This document shows, in pieces, positions 19,083 through 28,394 of a stretch of 50,726 bases of DNA. A program made the position numbers and the translations under genes. The notes under the pieces were generated by a model. The model ran no database searches. It saw nothing but the letters and a program-made list of their open reading frames with translations, and was not told the DNA's origin. The stretch's first letter is position 1. Every line of letters begins with the position of its first letter. This DNA comes from Verrucomicrobiota bacterium (GTDB lineage: Bacteria; Verrucomicrobiota; Verrucomicrobiia; Limisphaerales; CANJSG01): contig JBBQXJ010000031.1 of assembly GCA_038209745.1 (NCBI GenBank), positions 1-50,726 on the forward strand, in the 5' to 3' direction.

Positions 19083-20150
19083 TCAGCGATGCGGATGCCG
19101 GTGATGCAGGTCCGGGTAGTGCGGATGGGAATGCATCATCGGTTCGTGCCGGTGCCGGTGCGTATGCGGCTCTCCGGGAGGATCGGATAGCGCATGAGAG
19201 TGCTGATGATGCTCGTCGTGCGTGTGCCGGTGTTCGTGCTCCATCGCTTCATGCCGATGCCCGTGTTCGTGACGTTCCGTCAGGTGCAGCCAGACGCCGC
19301 CGCCCATCAAGACCGCGGCCACGATGATTCCCATGCTGAACGTCTCCCCGAACAGCGCGACGGACAGCGCCGCCCCTACGAAGGGAGCGATGGAGAAGTA
19401 GGCTCCCGTCCTTGCAGAACCGAGGTGACGCAGCGCCAGCACGAAGAAGGTCAGGCTCACGCCGTAACCGAGCAGGCCGATGATCCCCGCCGCCGCCAAC
19501 GTCCCGCCGGCCGGAAGACTGGCTCCCAACAACAGGGCGAGCGACGTGTTCACCGTGCCCGCGCAGAGCCCCTTCAACATGGCGATCTGCACCGGATCGG
19601 ATGCCGACACTTTGCGCGTCAGGTTGTTGTCCGCCGCCCACGCGAGACAGGCTCCAGCAATGGCGATTGCGCCCCAGGGCACCCCGATGACCGGCCTTCC
19701 GTTCCATGAAAGAACGACTGCTCCGCCGGAGATCAGCGCCATGCCCCAAGCGATGCGCACGTCAAAGTTCTCCTTGAAAACGAACCAGGCCAGCAGCGCA
19801 GTGAACACTCCTTCGAGATTGAGCAGCAGGGAAGCCGACGAGGCCGGCGTCGCTTTCAGCCCGACCATGAGCAGCAGAGGTCCGATGACGCCTCCGCAAA
19901 GGATCGCAGCCGCAAGCCACGGCGCGTCGGCTCGCGACAACTGAGCTTCGTCCCCCCCGACCTTTTCCAATCTGGAACGAAGCAGCCGATACAGCATCAG
20001 CCCGATCCCCGACCCAAGGTAGAGCAAGCCGGCCAGCAGCCACGGCCCAACCCTCGGCAAAAGATTCTTGGCGAAAGGCGTGCTTGCACCGAACAGCGCG
20101 GCAGCGCCGACGGCATAGACGACTCCGCTCCGTGACGTTCTATCCCTCAT
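19083..20150 (-). CDS. DMT/EamA-family transporter with His-rich C-terminal tail
   Basis: About 10 hydrophobic helices in two EamA repeats; tail HEHGHRHEAMEHEHRHTHDEHHQHSH...HYPDLHHRHPHR; ATG 20150 is coupled to the czcA stop. Confidence 0.92.
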   Translation of the reverse strand: MRDRTSRSGVVYAVGAAALFGASTPFAKNLLPRVGPWLLAGLLYLGSGIGLMLYRLLRSRLEKVGGDEAQLSRADAPWLAAAILCGGVIGPLLLMVGLKATPASSASLLLNLEGVFTALLAWFVFKENFDVRIAWGMALISGGAVVLSWNGRPVIGVPWGAIAIAGACLAWAADNNLTRKVSASDPVQIAMLKGLCAGTVNTSLALLLGASLPAGGTLAAAGIIGLLGYGVSLTFFVLALRHLGSARTGAYFSIAPFVGAALSVALFGETFSMGIIVAAVLMGGGVWLHLTERHEHGHRHEAMEHEHRHTHDEHHQHSHALSDPPGEPHTHRHRHEPMMHSHPHYPDLHHRHPHR

Positions 20151-23100
20151 GGCTTCTCGACAGCGGGCAGATGACGGTCTGTCCTGCGTTCTACCCACGC
20201 ATAGAGCACAGGCAGCAACACAAGGGTCAGAAACGTCGAGCTCAGGATACCGCCGATGACGACGGTGGCCAAGGGGCGCTGGACTTCCGCCCCCGCCCCG
20301 GTGGCGATGGCCATCGGCACGAAACCAAGACTGGCGACGGCGGCGGTCATCAGCACCGGCCGCAACCGGGTGAGAGAGCCTTCGATGACAGAAGACAGCA
20401 AGTCGCGGCCCTCTTCACGGAGCTGGTTGAAGCAGCTCACGAGCACCATGCCGTTGAGCACGGCCACACCGGTGAGCGCGATGAAGCCGATGGCGGCCGT
20501 GATGCTGAACGGCATCCCGCGCACCCAAAGCGCGGCCACGCCGCCGGTCACCGCGAGCGGAATGCCCGAGTAAACGAGGAGCGCCTGACGCACCGAACCG
20601 AACGCGAGGAAGATGAGCACGAAGATGAGCACGAGCGCGGCGGGCACGACGACCATGAGGCGTTGCCGCGCCTCGACGAGGTTCTTGAACTGGCCGCCGA
20701 ACTCCACGATGTATCCCTCCGGCAGCTTCACTTGATCCCGAATGCTTTTCTCGGCCCGTTGGACGAAGCCCTCGATGTCCCGGGTCTTGAGATTCACCAT
20801 GAGCGCCGCGCGGCGCTGGCCATCGTCGCGCTGGATCGGCTCGACCGTCTTCAACGTCGCGAACTCGACCGCCTCGCCCAGAGGCAACAGGCCGTGTTCA
20901 CCGACGCGGAGCGGCAATCGCTTGATCTGCTCGTCGTCGGCTCGGAGTTCCTCCGGCATCCGGACCACGATGTCGAAGCGGCGGTTGCCGTCGACCAGCT
21001 GGCCGACCACCTGTCCGGCCAGGGCGGAGTTCACGGCGCGGTTCACTTCGCCCGCCTGGAGACCGTAGCGCCGCAGCACGTCGTGCTTCGCGTTGATCTG
21101 CAACTGCGGCGTTCGGCCATCGGTTTCGTATTCCACTTGCGCCACTCCCGGTGTTTTCTCCAGCACACCCTTGATCCGCTCCGCGAGCTTTTCCAGCACG
21201 TCGTAGTCGTTGCCAAAAATCTTCACCGCCAGTTCGGCTTTGGTGCCTTCCATCATTTCATTGGCGCGCATCTCGATGGGCTGGGCAAAGAGCAGGTCAT
21301 AATCGGGGCTGATCTTCTTGAGCGTGGCGTCGATCTGCTCGCGGAGTTCCGACTTCGTGGTGGGCCGTCCGGCAGTCTTCGGCCATTCGGCCAGCGGTTT
21401 GTAGAAGACGTAGACGTCGCTCTCGTTCGGCGGCATCGGGTCGGAGGCGATCTCGCTGGTGCCGATGCGCGAGAAAATGCGCGTCAGCTCCGGGAACTCG
21501 GCGAGGAGCCGGTTCTCCACCTCGATGTCGGTGCGGAGCGATTCCTCCATGCTCATGCCGACGGGCTTGTAGAGCATCGCGGTGATGGAGCCTTCGTCGA
21601 GCTTGGGGACGAACTCCGCGCCCAGATGGGTGAACAGCCAGAGAGAACCCACGAACAGCGCGACGGCGGCAACCACCACGAGGTAGCGGAGCCGGAGCGC
21701 AAGATGGAGCACGGGTTCGTAGAGGCGTTTGACCAGGCGGATGAGCCAGTTGTCGTCCTCGCTGATCCTGCCCCGCAGCAGCAGCGAGCAGAGCGCGGGC
21801 ATCAACGTCAAGGCCAGCAGCAGCGCGCCGCCGAGGGCGAGCATCACGGTGAGCGCCATCGGGCGGAACATTTTCCCCTCGATGCCCGTGAGGGCGAGGA
21901 TGGGGATGTAAACCACCGTGATGATGACGACGCCGAAGAACATCGGGCTGCCGACCTGCTTGCTGGCGGCCAGCACGGTCTTCGTCCGTTCCTCGTCCGT
22001 GAGCGGGCGGCCAAGCTGGTGCTGGCGCTGCCCGAGCTGTCGGACGATGTTCTCCACGATGACCACCGCGCCGTCGATGATGAGGCCGAAGTCCACCGCG
22101 CCGAGGCTCATCAGGTTGCCTGAGATGCCGAAGTGCCTCATGCCGGTGAGGGCGAAGAGAAACGACAACGGAATGGCGCAGGCGACGATGAGCGCCGCGC
22201 GCCAGTTCCCGAGCAGCAGGAGCAGAACCACGACAACCAGCACCGCGCCCTCGAACAGGTTCTTCTCCACCGTCGCGATGGTGCGCCCGATGAGGATGGA
22301 GCGATCGTATTGCGTCTGGATTTCGACTCCGACGGGCAGTTTGGCCTGAATCTCGGCGAGCCTGGATTTCACCCGTTCGGCCACCTCCCGGCTGTTCTCG
22401 CCCGCGAGCATCAGAGTCGTGCCGATGATGGTTTCCTTGCCATTGAGCGTGGCCGCACCGGTGCGGAACTTCGTGCCGACCCGCACCTCGGCCACGTCCT
22501 TCACCAGCAGCGGCTTCACGGCGGCGCCGAATTTGAGCGGCAGGTTCGCGATGTCCTCGATCGTCTGCACCCGGCTGACGGCGCGGATGGTGAGCTGCTG
22601 GCCGCCCCGGCTGATGATGCCGCCCCCCGCGTTTTCGACGTTCTGCGCGACCATGTCGGCCAGCTCGCTGAAAGTCAGGCCCACCTCCGTGAGCGCGTCG
22701 GGCCTGGGTTGGATGACGAACTGCCGCTCGTAGCCGCCGGTGCCGTTGATTTCCGCGATGCCTGGAACGGTGCGGAGCAGCGGCTTGATCGTGTATTCCT
22801 GCAATTCGCTCAGGACCATCAGCTGCTCCAGTTCCGTAGCGGCCTTGTTCGGGGCGTCGGGACGGTAGTTGAGGCTGTAGTAAAATATCTCCCCGAGGCT
22901 GGTGCTGATGGGCGCGAGCTTGGAGGACGCGCCTTGCGGCAGCCGTGCCGCGATTCCCTGCAACCTTTCGGAGACAAGCTGGCGGGCACGGTAGATGTCG
23001 GTGCCGTCCTTGAACTGAAGCGTGACCTGCGAGAGGCCGAACTTCGTCAGCGAACGCATCTCCTCCACACCGGGCAGCCCGGCGAGTTCCATCTCGATGG

Positions 23101-23302
23101 GTTGCGTGACCCGCTTCTCGGACTCCTCGGCCGCGAGCGCCGGAATCTCGGTGTTGATCTGGACCTGGACGCCCGTGATGTCGGGCACGGCGTCAATCGG
23201 CAGATGCAGCGCCGACCAGAGTCCTATGCCGAGCAGGGCGAACACGCCGAGAAGGACGACGGCACGTTGACGAAGCGAGAATTCAAGGATGCGGTCGATC
23301 AT
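20147..23302 (-). CDS. czcA: CzcA/CusA-family heavy-metal efflux RND permease
   Basis: Starts MIDRILEFSLRQR; LPIDAVPDIT; HME motif DFGLIIDGAVVIVEN; RLRPVLMTA; GAEVQRPLATVVIGG; 1051 aa. Confidence 0.93.
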   Translation of the reverse strand: MIDRILEFSLRQRAVVLLGVFALLGIGLWSALHLPIDAVPDITGVQVQINTEIPALAAEESEKRVTQPIEMELAGLPGVEEMRSLTKFGLSQVTLQFKDGTDIYRARQLVSERLQGIAARLPQGASSKLAPISTSLGEIFYYSLNYRPDAPNKAATELEQLMVLSELQEYTIKPLLRTVPGIAEINGTGGYERQFVIQPRPDALTEVGLTFSELADMVAQNVENAGGGIISRGGQQLTIRAVSRVQTIEDIANLPLKFGAAVKPLLVKDVAEVRVGTKFRTGAATLNGKETIIGTTLMLAGENSREVAERVKSRLAEIQAKLPVGVEIQTQYDRSILIGRTIATVEKNLFEGAVLVVVVLLLLLGNWRAALIVACAIPLSFLFALTGMRHFGISGNLMSLGAVDFGLIIDGAVVIVENIVRQLGQRQHQLGRPLTDEERTKTVLAASKQVGSPMFFGVVIITVVYIPILALTGIEGKMFRPMALTVMLALGGALLLALTLMPALCSLLLRGRISEDDNWLIRLVKRLYEPVLHLALRLRYLVVVAAVALFVGSLWLFTHLGAEFVPKLDEGSITAMLYKPVGMSMEESLRTDIEVENRLLAEFPELTRIFSRIGTSEIASDPMPPNESDVYVFYKPLAEWPKTAGRPTTKSELREQIDATLKKISPDYDLLFAQPIEMRANEMMEGTKAELAVKIFGNDYDVLEKLAERIKGVLEKTPGVAQVEYETDGRTPQLQINAKHDVLRRYGLQAGEVNRAVNSALAGQVVGQLVDGNRRFDIVVRMPEELRADDEQIKRLPLRVGEHGLLPLGEAVEFATLKTVEPIQRDDGQRRAALMVNLKTRDIEGFVQRAEKSIRDQVKLPEGYIVEFGGQFKNLVEARQRLMVVVPAALVLIFVLIFLAFGSVRQALLVYSGIPLAVTGGVAALWVRGMPFSITAAIGFIALTGVAVLNGMVLVSCFNQLREEGRDLLSSVIEGSLTRLRPVLMTAAVASLGFVPMAIATGAGAEVQRPLATVVIGGILSSTFLTLVLLPVLYAWVERRTDRHLPAVEKP

Positions 23303-24606
23303 GGCTTCGCCTCCTGCACTTCCGTGTTGACGAGAGCGGAGGGCAGACCGGTCAGCCATTCGATCTGCTGGGCCGCGTCCAGCGCCTCTTTTCGGGTGTC
23401 GAGGAGCGATTCCACGGCTTCGAGATACTGTTTTTGCAGTTCGACATAGGTGGAAACGGGAACGGCTCCGACCCGGTAGTGACGGTCGGCCAGCGCCGCG
23501 GCTGCCTTGAACTGTTCGGCGGCATCGGTCTTCCACTGGCCGAGGGCGGCCCGTTTGCTGCGATAGGTCAACGCCGCTTCGGAAACCTTCCGCTCCACCT
23601 CGCGTTGCACGACGGCATACGAGGCCTCCGCCTGCATCCTGCGGGCGGCGGCGCTTTCCACGTTGCCGGAGTTTCGGTTCCAAATCGGCAGCGGAAACGA
23701 TACGGCCACACCGAGGATGCGGTCGCGTCCGCCCGCGTTCTCCTCGGAGAACGTCGGACCCACGCGGATGGCCGGATAGCGTTCGTTCCGCGCGAGATCG
23801 ACACGGAAGCCCTGCTGCACCAGCTCCAGCCCACGCGCACGCAGTTCAAAATTGTTGGTGCGGGACATGGCCAAAAGCAGGTCTTGGTCTATGAGTGGAC
23901 CGAACGAAAGGCGGGGGCCGGCGATGTTCAGGGGCGAATCGCCGGACTGGCCGCGAAGGAGGTTCAATTCCAGCAACGCGGTCTGGACGGCCAGCGTCGC
24001 TTCATTGGCCTTGCGCTGCATGGTCAGAGTGGTGGCCTCGATGATGCGGGTTTCCAGAACCGGCGTCAGTCCGGCGGCGTCGCGTTGCACGAGCACGTCC
24101 CGCAGCGCCTCGAACCGCTCCACGACCTCGCGGGCGGCCGCCGCCTTTTCCTGGGCGGCAAAGACGCCGTAGGCCAAGGCACGGATGCGTCCTCCCAGCG
24201 CCGCACGGAACCGTTCCAACCCCAGCTCCGCCAGCTCGACATCCTGGTTGGCGATGGCTTTGCGGAGGTTCATCCGCCCAGGCCACTCGAACGTCTGCAT
24301 GACGGAGACCGACCAGGCCACGCCTTCTCCCGCCGCATTGCCAAAGGCGTCGCGGACGCGTTTCTGGCCGACGCTGCCGGAGATTTCAGGGTTGGCCAGC
24401 AGACCGGCGCTCCTTCGGCCGGCTTTGGCCGCGACCAACTCGGCCTGGTAGAACTTCAGCTCGGGATTCCGCTCCAATGCCTCCGCTACGATGCCATCAA
24501 GGCGCACGGGAACATTGGTCGGGCTTTCCGCCGCATGGGAAAGATTCCCGGAGGCAACAAACAGGGACAAACAGGACAAAATTAAATTCGGTTTCATAAC
24601 GGACAT
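23299..24606 (-). CDS. TolC/CzcC-family outer membrane efflux protein
   Basis: Signal peptide; ALERNPEL and SFPLPIWNRNSG motifs; stop overlaps the czcA start. Alternative start at 24597. Confidence 0.9.
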   Translation of the reverse strand: MSVMKPNLILSCLSLFVASGNLSHAAESPTNVPVRLDGIVAEALERNPELKFYQAELVAAKAGRRSAGLLANPEISGSVGQKRVRDAFGNAAGEGVAWSVSVMQTFEWPGRMNLRKAIANQDVELAELGLERFRAALGGRIRALAYGVFAAQEKAAAAREVVERFEALRDVLVQRDAAGLTPVLETRIIEATTLTMQRKANEATLAVQTALLELNLLRGQSGDSPLNIAGPRLSFGPLIDQDLLLAMSRTNNFELRARGLELVQQGFRVDLARNERYPAIRVGPTFSEENAGGRDRILGVAVSFPLPIWNRNSGNVESAAARRMQAEASYAVVQREVERKVSEAALTYRSKRAALGQWKTDAAEQFKAAAALADRHYRVGAVPVSTYVELQKQYLEAVESLLDTRKEALDAAQQIEWLTGLPSALVNTEVQEAKP

Positions 24607-24696
24607 GGAAATTACAGGGCAAAATGCCCCAAGGTTGGATCGTGGAACGGACGCCCTGCGTCCGCGTCGGAAGACCGCCCTCAGCCGAGAAGGCGT

Positions 24697-25095
24697 CTAG
24701 GAAGCAATGGAAGGGGCACGGGCCGGAAGCGCCGTGCGGAAGGAAAACTGCCAGCGGTGAATCAGCTCGGGAGGGATCGTGTCAGGCGGAGGCAGTCCAG
24801 ACGACGAGCGCTGGCCCAGAAGCTCCAGTTCCCAGCCCGTCGCAAGGAACGAAATCCAAAACGGCAGGAAAGAGGCCTGGGCAGATTGAAAACCGGAGTC
24901 CGTAGACGGGGGCAGGCAGTGGCCATCCGCTGCGGGATGATCGCCATTATCATGATCATGTGAACCACCAGACGAGGAATCATGATCCGCGTGCCTCTGA
25001 TGAATCAGGCCCGAATACTCCAGGAAAGCATGGGACGACGCAGGCAGCCACAGGGCTACAAACAGCAACGACACAATGATTCGCAGATGACTCAA
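24697..25095 (-). CDS. His-rich exported leader protein ending in PARAPS (DUF2946-like)
   Basis: Hydrophobic N-terminus, HQRHADHD...HDHDNGDH..DGHC, and C-terminal WQFSFRTALPARAPSIAS. The TTG start at 25095 is inferred. Confidence 0.65.
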   Translation of the reverse strand: MSHLRIIVSLLFVALWLPASSHAFLEYSGLIHQRHADHDSSSGGSHDHDNGDHPAADGHCLPPSTDSGFQSAQASFLPFWISFLATGWELELLGQRSSSGLPPPDTIPPELIHRWQFSFRTALPARAPSIAS

Positions 25096-25266
25096 CGCAA
25101 TCTGACGCTGCTGAAGTGGCACGGTTCGGACAAGTTTCAATTTCGACGGTTCACTTTTCGGAATGTGAGAGGAAAAGAAGGTCCTCAGATTTGGCGACCA
25201 ATTTGATGTTCGTTGGACAGTGGCGAATGCCGACGGCGGCAGGAGGCCGATCTTCATCCAACGAAG

Positions 25267-25850
25267 CTACCGCAGCGAGTGCGCGATCACCAACCACGTG
25301 GCCCCCGTGTCGGCGAGGATTGCCAGCCAAAGTCTGGCATGACCGGTCAGAGCGAGCGCGCGAAAAACGGCCTTTACCCCGAGCGCGCAGATGATGTTGG
25401 CCTGAATGATCCGGACGGTGCGACGGCTAAGCTGGATGGCTTCGGTAACCTTGCTCAAATCGTCCTGCATGAGGGCCATGTCCGCCGTCTCGCTGGCGGT
25501 GTCCGTGCCGGCCGTCGCCCGTTGCGTGCCCGGTTAGTTCTTGGCGCGTGGAAACTCGCAGAATCTCCTCCACCGACTCGGAGTTGAACGGGAGGTTTTG
25601 CGCCACGTGCGGGAGGTAAGTCCAACTGTCCCACGCGCCGCCGAACATCAGCGGCGGCACGAGCCAAACTGCCGGAACGAGGACGAAGACAGCGGGGGTG
25701 TAGTAGCGGGCGAACGTGTCCACGAAACGTTGCGCCGGGGCTTCTGTGACTGCGTCTCCTCGACGAGATGGATACTGCGCGCAAGCGTGCTGTCGGAATA
25801 AGCCTTGGTCACGCGCACTTCCCGGGAGCCTTCGCCATTGTCGTGCCGGC
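25267..25850 (-). pseudogene. Heavy-metal P1B-type ATPase (CadA/ZntA-like) remnant
   Basis: Fragments [19 protein letters not shown]...GGAWDSWTY and GTDTASETADMALMQDDLSKV...LWLAILADTGATWLVIAHSLR. They are frameshifted, and the CPC/DKTGT core is missing. Confidence 0.8.
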
Positions 25851-26089
25851 AAACATGTCAACGTGCTTTCCAGGGACTTTGGCTGGACTGCGTCGTTCAT
25901 TGGTTCCGGTTTCATCATCCACCCAAACCAACGTCGCTGTTGGTTCAAGGTTACGCCGCTAAGTTAATCGACCCTACCCAGCCGAGTCCGCGTTTCTGGC
26001 CATTGCCCGCACGCGGACCGAGGAGAGCGCTCAAATCCTGCTCCGACTTGACTCGGCACCTGCCGTGGAAGATAGGTTCCGCCAGCGCA

Positions 26090-26518
26090 ATGGCCTTCCA
26101 CGGCAAACATAAATCCACCGCCTTCCGCCTGTTTGCGGCGGCGGCTCTCCTTCTCTGGATGTCGGCCAGTGCGCTGTGCATCCAACATTGTGCAGGTCTT
26201 TCCTTCACCGGGCGCGGACTGGCCGACTGTTGTTCTGCGAACAAGACCGGTGCATCGCAGTCCACCAACCCAGGCGCGAAGGCGATCTGCGGCGGGCTGA
26301 AGATGGCCAAGCTGGAAGCGAAGGCCGCATTGGCCGAACCGGAAAAGACGGTCTCTCCTGCCGCTCTGCCTTTCCCCTCGTTCTCCCTGTCTGAAATCCA
26401 CGTCGGCCCGCACGATGTTGGATCTCTCCGCCATAATTCTCGTACCGCTTTTGTCTTCCGGCCCGAAGTGTGCCTTGGTGCCGCCCTCCGCAGTCTTGCC
26501 CCTCCTTCTCTCGCCTGA
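26090..26518 (+). CDS. Cys-containing exported leader protein ending in RSLAPP (CutF/DUF2946-like)
   Basis: Hydrophobic N-terminus; CIQHC, CC and further Cys; C-terminal RPEVCLGAALRSLAPPSLA; lies upstream of the copper oxidase operon. Confidence 0.7.
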   Translation: MAFHGKHKSTAFRLFAAAALLLWMSASALCIQHCAGLSFTGRGLADCCSANKTGASQSTNPGAKAICGGLKMAKLEAKAALAEPEKTVSPAALPFPSFSLSEIHVGPHDVGSLRHNSRTAFVFRPEVCLGAALRSLAPPSLA

Positions 26519-26719
26519 CCGGTCGACGGGCGCGCTCTCCCTATCCCTCCCGACCTGACTCAATGGTTGCGTCGGCTTCCCGCCCGATTCTCCGGATCCT
26601 CGCCGATCTGTCCGTGGCCATGGCATTTCATGGCCGATGGGTCGCGTGACAAAGCCACGTCGCGTTTTCCGCGTCCCGACCCTCCGTGACCGTTCCAAAA
26701 TTCCGCCAAACCAAATCGT

Positions 26720-26947
26720 ATGAACAAGTTTTCCGTCGTCCTGTTCGGCGCGAGCGTCCTGCTCGTGGGCTGTGCCGGCACCCCGCCCGCGCCCGATTCC
26801 TCCCTCAACCATCCCGCCAACCCGGACGCCGCAATGTCTGCGGTGCCGAAACTGGAGACGGGTCTGTTGAGCCTCACCAACCCGGCGGTGGCGGCTCCGT
26901 CCACCCCCCAATCAGCGATGGAACACGACCACGCCCACCAACCCTGA
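26720..26947 (+). CDS. Small lipoprotein with His-rich tail
   Basis: Lipobox LVGC; tail MEHDHAHQP; ends 4 bp before the TolC gene. Confidence 0.75.
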   Translation: MNKFSVVLFGASVLLVGCAGTPPAPDSSLNHPANPDAAMSAVPKLETGLLSLTNPAVAAPSTPQSAMEHDHAHQP

Positions 26948-26951
26948 CCTC

Positions 26952-28382
26952 ATGACCATGCTCTTCAAATACCTCGGGGTGGCCGTAGCGGTTCCATTCG
27001 TGTTCGTGGGCTGCACGAGCACCAAACCAGACGCGGCCTTCCGGGACGTAGATCGGACCGTCGCGGACCGCAGCGGACAGCATCTTCTTTGGATGCGGGA
27101 CGAGGCCGCCGCCGACGACATCGAGCGGAGCGTGGCGGCACGGCTCCAAACCGAACTCACCGCGCAGTCCGCCGTTGCGGTCGCCCTGCTGAACAACCGG
27201 CAGCTTCAGGCCGCCTTCGAGGACATCGGCGTCTCGCAGGCCGAACTCGCTCAGGCATCGCGCCTGCACAATCCCACGCTGGCGGCGAGCTGGCGGTTTC
27301 CGCTGCAAGGCCCGGCCTCGGTCAATTCCGACTACGGACTTGCGGGGGATTTTCTGAACCTGCTGACCCTGCCCGCCCGGAAACGGATCGCCGCCGGGAA
27401 TCTGGAACTGACGAAGCAACGGCTCGCGCAGGAAGTCCTCTCGCTCTCGGAAGCGGTCCAGATGGCCTTCTACACCTTGGTGGCGCAAACGCAGTTCGGC
27501 GGAAGGCTCGCCATCATTGTCGAAGTCAACGAGGCGGCCGCCGACATCGCCCAGCGGCAGTTCAAGGCGGGCAACATCAACAGCCTGGAGCTGAAGAGCC
27601 AGCAGCTCGCCTACACCCAGTCGCGGCTCGACCATGCCAAAGTCGTCGCCGAGGCGCGTGCCCAAAGGGAAAAGCTGAATCGCCTGCTCGGCCTCTGGGG
27701 CGAGCAGACCGCTTGGAAGGCGGCACAAGACCTGCCGGAACTGCCGGCACAGGAACCCGCGCTGGAAGGGCTGGAGAGCTTCGCTGTCCGAAATCGTCTC
27801 GACCTTGCGGTGGCACGCGGAGAGTCGGTGGCCGTGGCCAAGGCCCTCAATCTCAAACGCAGCACGCGCTACCTGCCCGGCGTCAATCTGGGCGTAGACG
27901 CCGAACAGGACCTCGACCATTCGTGGGTCGTGGGACCGACGCTTGATCTGGAAATTCCGCTCTTCGACCAGGGCCAACCGGAACTGGCCCGGTTGACCGC
28001 CGCATATCGCCGCTCGCTGCGCCGCTTTGAAGCCTTGGCGGTGAACGTCCGGAGCGAGGTCCGCGAGGCGAGGGACGCGCTCATCGCGGCGCGGGACGTC
28101 GCGACCTATCAGGAGAAGTTCCTTCTGCCCCAGAACCAGCAGCTCCTCGCGGAAACCCTGCTGCAATACAACGCCATGCAGCTCGGCAACCACGATCTCC
28201 TGCTGGCCAAGCAGCGCGAACAGCAGGCGGAACAGGCCGCCATCGAGGCGCTGCGCGACTACTGGATCGCCCGCGCGCGCCTGGAATCCGCCTTGGGCGG
28301 ATCGTTTCCTCCAGGTCCATCGGAGCCCGTCGAAAAACGACAGCCCGCCCAGCTCGAATCCACCCACGACCATCAACCCTGA
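26952..28382 (+). CDS. TolC-family outer membrane lipoprotein (copper-resistance associated)
   Basis: Lipobox FVGC; AVAVALLNNRQLQA, LEIPLFDQG, ALRDYWIARARLE. Confidence 0.9.
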   Translation: MTMLFKYLGVAVAVPFVFVGCTSTKPDAAFRDVDRTVADRSGQHLLWMRDEAAADDIERSVAARLQTELTAQSAVAVALLNNRQLQAAFEDIGVSQAELAQASRLHNPTLAASWRFPLQGPASVNSDYGLAGDFLNLLTLPARKRIAAGNLELTKQRLAQEVLSLSEAVQMAFYTLVAQTQFGGRLAIIVEVNEAAADIAQRQFKAGNINSLELKSQQLAYTQSRLDHAKVVAEARAQREKLNRLLGLWGEQTAWKAAQDLPELPAQEPALEGLESFAVRNRLDLAVARGESVAVAKALNLKRSTRYLPGVNLGVDAEQDLDHSWVVGPTLDLEIPLFDQGQPELARLTAAYRRSLRRFEALAVNVRSEVREARDALIAARDVATYQEKFLLPQNQQLLAETLLQYNAMQLGNHDLLLAKQREQQAEQAAIEALRDYWIARARLESALGGSFPPGPSEPVEKRQPAQLESTHDHQP

Positions 28383-28394
28383 GTCTTGTTTCCC

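Noticed and set aside
13927..24585. Long plus-strand ORFs opposite the operon and czc genes (e.g. 13927-15438, 20084-22123, 22133-23449)
   Set aside because: Antisense shadows of well-supported minus-strand genes.
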